Shown: positions 9,391 to 19,700 of the stretch, piece by piece | Numbering within the stretch: position 1 is the stretch's first letter | Layout: each line of letters starts with the position of its first letter | From: Candidatus Poseidoniales archaeon | GTDB taxonomy: Archaea > Thermoplasmatota > Poseidoniia > Poseidoniales > Poseidoniaceae | Direction of reading: 5' to 3' | DNA: 64,000 nt | Assembly (NCBI GenBank): GCA_038150305.1 | Contig: JAYOTG010000007.1 | Location: forward strand, 4,230 to 68,229 | Program-made: the position numbers and the translations under genes | Notes under the pieces: generated by a model | The model's input: only the letters and a program-made list of their open reading frames with translations | Told to the model about the DNA's origin: nothing | The model's database searches: none

Positions 9391-10680
9391 ATGGAAAAGC
9401 GTCGCGTTCTCTTGGTCGGCTCCGGTGGACGTGAGCATGCGCTGGCCATGGCCTTGACGCGTGACGAGCGGGTTGAGCTCCACACCGCTCCCGGTAACCC
9501 GGGAACGGCACGCCTCGGCACGAATCATCCGGTGGGCGCTGCTGACGTCGAGGCTCTCCTCGCGCTGGCGGAGGAACTCGACGTGCATCTCGTGGTGGTC
9601 GGTCCAGAAGCGCCTTTGTGCGACGGCCTAGCGGACGCGCTCGGGGATCGAGCGTGCTTCGGTCCTGTGGCTGCGCACGCGGCGCTTGAAGGCTCCAAAT
9701 CCTTCGCCAAAGAAGCCATGGAGGCCGCAGGTGTGCCGACGGCTGAGCACGTCATCGTCCGCAGGGCAGGAGCCCTCGGCGAGGCCCTCGACCGCTTTTC
9801 TGGTGCGCCGTGGGTCATCAAGCAAGACGGGCTTGCCGGAGGCAAAGGGGTGCTCGTCACCGAGGATCGAGGCCAAGCGGAGGCCTTCGCCCTCAGTGCC
9901 ATTTCCACCGCGGGTTCCGTGGTCATCGAGGCCTTCCTCCCCGGTGAAGAAGCCAGCATGCTGGTGCTCATGGATGCCTCCGGATACCGCTGCTTGCCCG
10001 CGAGCCAAGACCACAAGCGCGTGGGTGAGGGCGATGCCGGTCCAAACACGGGCGGCATGGGCGCGTACTGCCCAGCGCCTGTCGTGACCTCCGAGGTTCA
10101 GGCCAAAGTGGAATCGCAAATCGTCGGGCCGATGCATGCCCACCTCACCGCGCAAGAGGCGCCGTACCGCGGCGTGCTTTACGTCGGCCTGATGATCGAC
10201 CAGAAAGGCGACCCCTACGTGGTGGAGTTCAACGTTCGTTTTGGTGACCCTGAATGCCAGGTGACCATGCCGCTGCTCGGAGATCACGCGCTGGATTGGT
10301 TCATGGCCGTTGCGAACGACGACCTTGCCAGCGTGACCCATGTCCTCGAAGAGAGCGCGCTGCTGACGGTGGTTCTCGCGAGCGAGGGCTACCCGTCAAG
10401 CGCGGTGACCGGACGCAGCATCGAAGGACTGGACGTGTCTGAAGCCATCCAGTCCGGACACGGCCGAGCATGGGTCAACATGGCCGGCGTGAAATTGGAC
10501 GCAGATGGCACGCCCATCTCGAGCGGTGGGCGGGTGCTCAGCGTGACCGGCATGAGCGACAGCCTTCAAGAGGCGGCCAACTTGGCCTACGCACGCCTTT
10601 CAGGCCTCGCGCTGGAGGGCGCCCATCACCGCCGTGACATCGGCGCGCGAGCGGGTGTTCAGCATCCGGAGTTGAATTGA
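9391..10680 (+). CDS. purD: Phosphoribosylamine--glycine ligase
   Basis: MEKRRVLLVGSGGREHALAMAL, GPNTGGMGAY and EFNVRFGDPE are present. The track ORF starts at 9334, but ATG 9391 places the conserved VLVxGxGGREHA at the N-terminus. Confidence 0.95.
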   Translation: MEKRRVLLVGSGGREHALAMALTRDERVELHTAPGNPGTARLGTNHPVGAADVEALLALAEELDVHLVVVGPEAPLCDGLADALGDRACFGPVAAHAALEGSKSFAKEAMEAAGVPTAEHVIVRRAGALGEALDRFSGAPWVIKQDGLAGGKGVLVTEDRGQAEAFALSAISTAGSVVIEAFLPGEEASMLVLMDASGYRCLPASQDHKRVGEGDAGPNTGGMGAYCPAPVVTSEVQAKVESQIVGPMHAHLTAQEAPYRGVLYVGLMIDQKGDPYVVEFNVRFGDPECQVTMPLLGDHALDWFMAVANDDLASVTHVLEESALLTVVLASEGYPSSAVTGRSIEGLDVSEAIQSGHGRAWVNMAGVKLDADGTPISSGGRVLSVTGMSDSLQEAANLAYARLSGLALEGAHHRRDIGARAGVQHPELN

Positions 10681-10723
10681 ACACTCGCTCGGGTGACTGC
10701 GGCCCCGTATCGGGCCGAACCGG

Positions 10724-10729
10724 TTATAA
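10724..10729 (+). promoter_or_regulatory. Candidate archaeal TATA box (TTATAA) upstream of the giant aglB gene
   Basis: This is the only A/T hexamer in the 109-nt intergenic region 10681-10789. It lies about 60 nt upstream of ATG 10790, which would give a short leader containing a purine-rich agagaggga. Confidence 0.3.
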
Positions 10730-10789
10730 CGACACCATAGGTCGCGAAGTTGCTTCAGCCATGCTGTTGCACGTAGAGAGGGATACCCC

Positions 10790-13700
10790 ATGACCACCAC
10801 GAACGAGACGACCGTGTCGTCAAAGACGTCGCTCGGCCTGCTTCTTGCGCCGATTGCCGTCCTTTTGGCGATGCTTACCGACCAAATCGGAGGCTTCGGC
10901 CTCGGATTCGAGAACGACCTGTACCCGCTGCTCTTTGTGGCCGCGGGTGCGATGCTTGGCCGCGTGCCGAGCCTCCTCGCCGAGCGCGAGGTCCTTCCTG
11001 CGTCGACGTCCACCCTCTCTCTCGGGACGATCCTCGCAGGCGCGGCCCTCGGCTTCCTTGCCGTTCCCGCCGTTGGCGGCAGCGCCTTCGTTGGCATGCT
11101 GTTCGCCATCAACCTCATCGGCACCCACGTGCTGGTCAGCGGTGAGCGCTCGGAATGGGCGACCATCCTCACCTTCTCCAGCGTGGGTCTGCTGCTTGGC
11201 ATGGTCGCTGCTGCGACGGCCGGTGACAGCGGGCTCGTGACGAAGGAGTACACCTTCGAAGGCCAAACTGCGCCGACCCTGAACGAATACCGCGAAGCCA
11301 TCGCCTTTGTGTTCTTCAACGTCTGGATCATGTTCAGCGTTCTTGGCGCACTGGTTGCTGTCCTCGCCCGTGGCACGATCGACGAGCCCGGCAAGGGTTG
11401 GTTCGGACACCTGTCGGAATTCGACGGACCTTGGGACCGCAGCAGCCTGCCCCTTCAGGTTGGACTGCTGACGTGGTTCATCGCTCACGCCTTGACCATG
11501 GTCCAGTTCCACCAGGTGGAGCTCCACGACCGACTGGCTTTGACCGGCGTTGAAGGCTACATGGGCCACTTTTCCGTTTGGGCCGCGGTCCTGACCGGGT
11601 TCGTCGCCCTTGCGGTGGCCAGCATGGCCGCCGAGCGATGGTACACCCGTGCCATGACCCTCGGTTCGATGTGGGTCTACTACCTCGTCGCCGCCGCCTA
11701 TGAAATGGGCATGTGGGGCGACGTCGAAAACGAGAGCTCCATGGCTCCTGTGGTGTGGTTTGGTGTGACCTTCTTCATCGGACTGGCCATCTATTCCATC
11801 TCCACGAACAAGTCGTGGGGCGGGTGGAGCAACCGATCTGAGGACGCGCAAAGCGGCGCCCGCGCCTTCTGGTCCGCCCACTGGTCGCAGGTCATGATCG
11901 CCTCGGCGTTCATCATGGCCTTCGTGGTCCGCAGCCAATGGTACGTCATCCCCGCCATGAACGGCTACGGCACCGGCGATTGGGACCTCACCGGAGGTTC
12001 AGACCCGTGGTACATGAAGCGCGTCGTGGACTACATCATAATGCAGAACGCGCACCTCGTCTTTGACGCGGACCGCTTCTATCCGCTGGGCGGCATCAAC
12101 CCGCGTCCGCCCTTGTTCGTGTGGTCCATCGCTCTGCTCGCCATGGTGTTGGAGCCCTTCCTCGCCACCCCCCAGGACGCCGTCTGGTGGGCGATGGTCT
12201 CCATCCCCGCCATCTTTGGCGCGCTGACGGTCTTCCCTGTGGCGGCCATCGCACGCGACCACGTCAGCAAGCCGGCTGCGGTCATCGCGGCATGGCTCAT
12301 CGCCATGATGCCCGGTCACATCTCTCGCTCGACGTGGGCCAACGCGGACCACGACGCCTTTGTGATGTTCTTCATGGCGCTCGGCTTCATGTGGTTCCTT
12401 CGAGCCATGGCCGCGGGCGGTGACGAACGCCTCACGCGGACCACGGACGCCCGCCCCTCCACCGTGCTTCGTGCCTTTGGAGACGTGGCGATGCACCGAC
12501 GCTTCGCCGTGGTCAACGCGGCACTGGCCGGTGTCGCCTTCGGCGTGGTTGCCCTCGGATGGAAGGGTTTCGTGGTTGCGCCGTCGATCCTCTTCGTGGG
12601 GTATGTCTACATCGTCGCGACCAACATGTTCCGTAACAAGGACAGCACCACGCTCAACATGCTGATGCTGACCATGCTGGGAACGACGTTGCTTCTGGCC
12701 ATGCCGTTCTATGCGTATCCAGGCATGGACTTGGTCTTCAGCGGCACGGGCCTGCAGCCCTTGCTGTTCGTGCTCGGCTTCACCATGGCCATCGCTTACG
12801 TGACGACCGGATTCCGTGACAAACCTTGGTTGCTCGTTCTTGGCTCCCTCACCGGCGCAGCCGTGGCCTTCGTGGCCATCATTTGGCTGCTCCAATTCTT
12901 TGAGCAATCCAACGCGTTCAACGTCTTGTTCACCGGTGCAGGCTACTTCACCAAGACCAAGATTTTCGGCACGGTTGCAGAAGCAAACGCGCCTGACCGG
13001 GGGATGCTCTTCGCGTCCTTCGGCCCGATCGTCTTCATCCTCGCGCTCAGCATGGGCATCATCGCCCTGTGGCGAGGCACCCGGCAACGCCGCCACGAGC
13101 ACGTTTTCATGGCCACGTGGATCCTTCTGGCCATCTTCATGTCGTGGACCGCTGCCCGTTTCATCTTCAACGCCACACCGGCCATGGCCGTGCTCGGCGC
13201 TTGGGGTGCAGTGGGCCTTTGGAGCTGGTCTGGCACCAAGGAAATGACGCGCAAGATGCGTCGTATGGGCGTCCGAACCCCGGCCGACCGCATCGCCTCC
13301 GCCCGCAAGGCCGTTTGGCGCACGCCACAATTCAGCGCGATCATGCTCGTCATGATCATGCTCGGTGGCCAGCACATGACCTACGGACTCGACGCCGGCA
13401 TCCCCGGTACGTCTCCCGCTGAGGACGACATCGACGAGACGCTCTACAACGTCGTCCCCGACGTGCTCCGTTGGGACGTGGCTGGTTTCTCCTTCCTGAA
13501 CCCCACCGCCTACGACGACGGCGGCATGCGCTACCTCGGTGCCTTTGGCAGCAGTTTCAACCAGCAAGGATGGAACGATGCGTACGCCTGGCTTGCGGCT
13601 CAGGACGTTGACGAGTCGTACTCCGAAAAGCCGGCCTTCGTCTCATGGTGGGACTACGGCTTCCAAGCCCTCACGTCGGGTGACCACCCCTCCGTCTCGG

Positions 13701-16700
13701 ACAACTTCCAGTCGGGCATTCCGGCCACTGGGAACATGCTGCTGGCCCGCGGCGAAGCCGATTTGGCCGCCATGTGGTTCTGGCAACTTGGTGAAGGTGA
13801 CCGCACGTACGCGGCCGGCCATGGCTACGACTCCACCTTTACCCCGCCATTTGATGCGGTGCTGAAGGACCACCTCAGCGACGCCCAATACGCAGCACTG
13901 ATTGACATCAACGACGGCACAGAATACCGCGACGAGACTCGAGTCATCGACGGTCAGGAGCGAGAATTGAGCCTTCCCGTTGAGGTCTTGGACGCCGCGT
14001 TCCGCGTGACGCAGACCAACCGGGACACCATCATGACCGAAGGTCATAAGCTCAACGACGACGGCACCACCAGCGACGACGTGCGCTGGCGCCTTTGGAA
14101 GGACGGCGAGATCCTCGCCTGTGCCGAGAGCCTCGCCAGTTCGTGTGACGGTACGGATTTCCTGACGCAGGAAGACGCGAACCGCACGTTCAACAACAAC
14201 GTTCGATTGACCTCGGACACCACGTTCGAAGTGACCCACTACGTGTTCGGAAACTACTGGTACACCGCTGACCTCGCTGAAGAGTTCAACTCGGTCTCGA
14301 CGCACATTCACCGTTCGAACGCTCGTCTCGCCATGACCGTCCAACTCTTGGTCAACGGACTCACCGAAGCCCAGGTCATGGACCTCTACACCGACATCAT
14401 CGGTTTGGAAGGCGCCTATTCGGTGCAGGACTACCATGGTGCTCCTGGAGAAATGGTCGACCGTGACCACGAAATCCGCTACTTCGCCGTCGACAACCGC
14501 CTGTACCCACGCGCCGGCCGTTACACGGCCGACGCCCAATACAACGCAGGACAACCCATGGGCATCTTCGCCGCTCCGACCATCCTGTCAGGTCAGGACC
14601 CGACCACCTTCATGACGGAGGTGTACGAGACCCAGCGCGGTGCCTTCACCGATGAAATGACGCGTGAAGAGGTCGACGAAGCCATCCGGCAAGACGTGCT
14701 CAATCAGCAGGCCGGTGCAGAGATTGATCCTGTGCAGATCATCGACGTCCGGGCCGACCACACGGCTCAATTCTTCGACACCATGGTGGCGCGAACCTAC
14801 GTCGGCTACGGTGCGTCCACGCTCGGCGTGGACAGCGACGGCTCCAATCCGCAGCCTGCGCAGCACTTCGGCCAGAGCGGCTCGCCCGGGACCTTCATGG
14901 CGCAAGCCCTGCCGCTCCCTGGCGCGATGATGAACCACTTCGTCCTCGCGAATTACAACGATGACGACAACGCCGAGAACGGCTACGGACAAGCCAACTC
15001 CATGGTCAAGATCCTCAAGTTCTACCCCGGTGCTGAAATGACCGGTCAGGTGACCTTTGCCGACGACGGACAGCCCCTTGAGAACGTGCGTCTCCTCGTC
15101 GAGCGCGACGCCTTCTCTGGCGAATCCGGCGAAGACCTCGACGCAGACACCTATTGGATCCCCATCGGCTTCGTGGACACCGACGAAGAAGGACGCTACT
15201 CCTTCCTTGCTCCAGCGGGCCACATCCGCGTGAGCGCCTTCATCGGCGAGTACGACCCCTCATCCGCCCGCAACGCGATTCAAGACGGCTCTTTCACCGA
15301 GAACCTCGGTGACGTCCTGACCGAATACAACGAGGACCGCACCATCAACGAAATCACCGCCGTCCTTGGCCAGGTCGCCAACATGACGTGGGTGGGTGAA
15401 ACTCACCTCAACGTCAGCGCTGACGAAGCCAACCGTGTGCAGGCGCTTGACCGCACGGCGGACCTTGCCGTGGCCTCGAGCGGTGTGAGCGGTATTGTGA
15501 CGTGGACCGGCGACGAATCCTTCGCCGGTGAACCGCTTGTGGACACGACCTTCATCCTGCGGGACATTTGGTCCTACACCGAGAACCACACCGTGGTGAC
15601 CAACAACGGATCCTTCACCACCGAAGAGACCCGCATCCTCCAGGGGACGGGTGAGGTGACGTTCACCGAGAACGGCACCTTCGAGTCCGACGGCGTTGCG
15701 GTGGCGCGCGAATTCACGGGCACCTACACCCGTCAGCTGAACGGCGATCGCATCCACACCGCCAACGGCACGTGGACCGGTCGAGGCATCATCGAGGGCT
15801 GGGTCAGCGAAGATGACCTTGCCAACGTCTCTGACTGCCTTGACAACAACGCCATGACCCCTGGGAACACCTCGGTCTGCACCATGACCGGTGCCGAAAA
15901 CGCAAGCAAGTACCTGTTCGAGGGAACCGTGACGGCCAGCGGCCGTGTGGAAACCCTCTCGCCGACCGTCGTCGTTCGAGACGTGCAAGGTCAGACCTTC
16001 GAAGGCGCTGGCGTCTTCGAGGGCGTTGGGACCCTCAACGGAACGGGTCTGTTCGCCGGTCAAGGCGACTTCTCTGGACCGATGGTTCAACCCGGTTCCT
16101 TCTACAAGACCGGCTTGCTCCCCGGCGTCTACAACATGTTTGCCGTGCTCCCCAACGGTCGCCAAGTCCTCTTGCCGGACCCGGTGACGGTCGGTGTCGA
16201 AGCCTCGTACGACGTTGAGATGACCATGCCCGGAGCCGTGTTTGCGGACGTCCTCGAGGACATGGAAGGCAATGTCCTGCCTGACACAATCATCGAGCTG
16301 GTGGACACCGTCCTTGGACTGGACGAAGCCGTGACCATCGTCACCGACGAAAACGGCAGCTTCAGCCAAGGTCCGATTCCGTCGGGTGAATACTACTACC
16401 GCGTGGACGTTGATCACGACGGTTGGTACGAAATCAACGCGACGTTCAGCGTTCAAGACGAGCCTGAGAACATCACGCTGGCCTACCCCGTGCCGCCGAT
16501 GACCGACGTCACCATCCAGCTCGAGGCGCCCTTCGGCGGCGACGGCCAGCCCACGGTTGACGTCGTCAACCGTACGGTGACGCTGACCAACAACCTGCCC
16601 GATTCCGGCCTTGAACCGTACGTGGCGGTGAGCGACGAGAACGGCGTTCTGTACGCCGAGGTGCCTATGGGCAGCTACACCATCTCGGACGACGCGGACG

Positions 16701-19700
16701 AAGAGCACCTGCTCCTTGCTCTGCTTGACGTCGAGGAAGACGACATCACGACGACCTTGACCTACGCGGTTTCGACCTGGCTCAACGGCTCCGTTGCCGC
16801 GCCATTCGGCGCTGACAACGGGTACGAAGCTTGGCTTGCGACGGAGGAGCGACCCACAGAGGCCGCCACCCAAGTCGAGGTGGTCGCAAGGGGTGCAGGT
16901 GACCTGACCTTCACCGCGAACACCGGCGACGATGGTGTGTTCGCGATGCGCGTTCCGGTCGACGAGAGTTACTCGCTGACGATGACCAAGGCCACCGTCA
17001 ATTACGGGTACGGAACGGTCGTGAACGTCACCGAGGGCATGGATGACCTCAGCATCGTGCTCGAGCCGATCGAGTTCATCTCTGGCGCACTCTATCACAT
17101 CGACAACAGCACCTTCTGGAACGACGCCATCCCCGGGTGGATGCCCGTTGAGATGACGGCCACCAGCACCGACGGTGTCGTGTGGGAATCCGTCTCGAAC
17201 ACGGACGGCGGCTTCGTCTTCAACCTCCCCGCTGGGACCTACGACATCAGCGTCGTGGACGATGTCCTGTACAACGCGACGTCCGACGATGACGTGGTGG
17301 TGGTTCGCAATCCAGAATTCGTGCTGGAGCCCGCAAGCCTCTACCTCAACCCAGGCGGTCACGCCATGACCTTCCACGTCTTCCAAGATGTGGCTGGAGA
17401 CGGCAACGCCTCCAACGGAAGCACGGTCACGCCAGCGTTCTCGCTCGTGCCGACCACGGAACACGGTGCATTGCTCAACGTGACCGCAGACATGTACGCT
17501 GCAAACGGCACGCTGACGCTGGACATGCCCATCGGCACCTACACCATCGAGTTCGCCGAGCAGGACGTGGCCTCTGAGAACGCAAGCGAGTATGCCTTGG
17601 TGCCTGCCTCACCGCTCTCGGCCATCGTGATTGGCATCCCCGAACCGATCGAGACCATCGACGTCGGGTTGGTGGACGAGTGGCGCATGAACGGCACGGT
17701 CACCGATGCAAACGGTTCCGCCCTTCGCCCGCAAGGCGACAGCGTCTTGCTCGTGTCCACGGACGGCGAGGATTACCGAAACGTCGCTGTGGATGAGAAC
17801 GGTACTTTCGCGGACTATGTGCCAAGCGGCGATTGGATCGCCGTGATTGGCGCGTTCGAAGGTGAGGACGCGACGGAGATCCTCCGGCAGGCCCTGACCG
17901 TGAGCGAGAACAGCGCGCGGACCGACGTGTCCTTGGCCACCGTTGAAGCGGCCGATGTCAACCTCCATCTCCGTGAAGCCCTCAGCGAAGACAACCTGTC
18001 CGGCTTCCGCATGACCTTGGTGTCTGCGGACGGTCTCGGCAACGTGTCTCTGGACTTGACCGACGAAGACGGTCTGGTCGCCGAACCGATGATGCCCGGC
18101 ACGTGGTCGGTGCACATGGAGCGTGACGACGTTCAGGACCGCTGGACGCTCGACACCAGCGCCGCGCCGTTCACCCTCGTAGAAGGCGAGGAGAAGAACA
18201 TCACGGACCTCTACGCCGACCACGAGGTGGAAATCGGTGGTCGACTCTACTGGGACCTTGACGACGACGACACGCCCGATGCCAACGAAGGCGTCGAGGG
18301 CGTGCTCATGAACGTCACGAGTCTCGACGGGACGACCTTTACCTCGAACGTGACCTCGGATGAGAACGGTGTCTGGCAGCTCTTCGTGCCCGTTCGCACG
18401 TCCTACGTGGTGGAAGGCAGCAAGCTGGGCTTTGCCGATGTCGCTTACGACCTCGACGGCAACGGCCTGTACGTGGTCAACGACAGCGCGATGTCCGAGG
18501 ACCTCGAAGTTTCGGTGGGCCTCGTTGACGTCAGCGGAGCCATCACGGATGCTGTCGATGCAACCCGCCTTGACGGCGCCTCCGTCGTACTCCAGCCCGC
18601 TTCAGGCTTGGCACGCGATGCGGTAACCGTGGACAGCACCTCCTTTGACGGGACCACCTTGACGTGGGACGCTCAGGTCGAGCCCGGAGCTTGGGTTGTC
18701 ATCGTTCGAGAAGCCAGCCCCGGTGAGAACAACGGCGCCGTCGCCATCGGTCTGCTTGACGCCAGCGTCGGCTCGGGCGGTCACTTGGACCAGACCATGG
18801 TGCTCGGCGGCTACGTCGACCTGCAAACCTCGTGGACGGCCATCGACTTGGTCCAGCACCACCTTGGCAGCGCCTCGGCCGGTGCTTCGATGATCAGTGA
18901 AGCACCGACCGTCACCGTGGAACTTGACGACGACGTGTCGTGGGACATCACGGTGAACGACGACGGTGCGCTGAGCATGTTGGTCCCCTCGGGCCGTGTC
19001 TCCTTCTCGGCTGACATGGTCACCGTGCAGCACGAACTCGACCTCAACATGAGTTACGAAGGCAGCAACTTCACCACCGTTTCAGCCGATCGGCAGCAGA
19101 TGTTCCTCATCCTCGACCGTCGTGCTGACCGCGACCTCGTGGTCGAAGTGGGCACCGTCGACGCCGACACCGTCGAGTCCTACACGGACGATGCGGGCGG
19201 GGTGGACATCCAGGCCAAGCAGGACGGTGACCACGAGCACACCGCCGTTGAACTCACGGTTGACGTGACCTACGACGGCACGGAGTACGAGGACGTCTAC
19301 ACCGCAAGCGGCAACGCAGGCAACGCTCCTGATGCTTCCGATTGGAGCGTCGAGTTCTGGAACGCCACCGAAGAAGCGTGGCAATCCACGCTTGAGGTCC
19401 GTCTCGGCATCGGTGAAGACGCGTCCACGGACGATGTGCCCATGTCGGCCACGCTGAAGGTGCGCATCACGCTCCCTGACCAGAACACCTCCCTGTCGCT
19501 GCAGAACGGCCACAGCGTGAACGTCATGCTGACGGCTGAGACCGGTGAATTCACCGAGCGTTCGATGACCGTCCGTGTGCCGGTCATTCGCGGCTTCGAC
19601 GTCGAAGCCGTCGACGAACGTGTGGGCATCGGCAGCGATGACGTGCAGACCTTGACGACGACGTTGACGAACAACGGAAACGGCGACGCGACCTTCACCT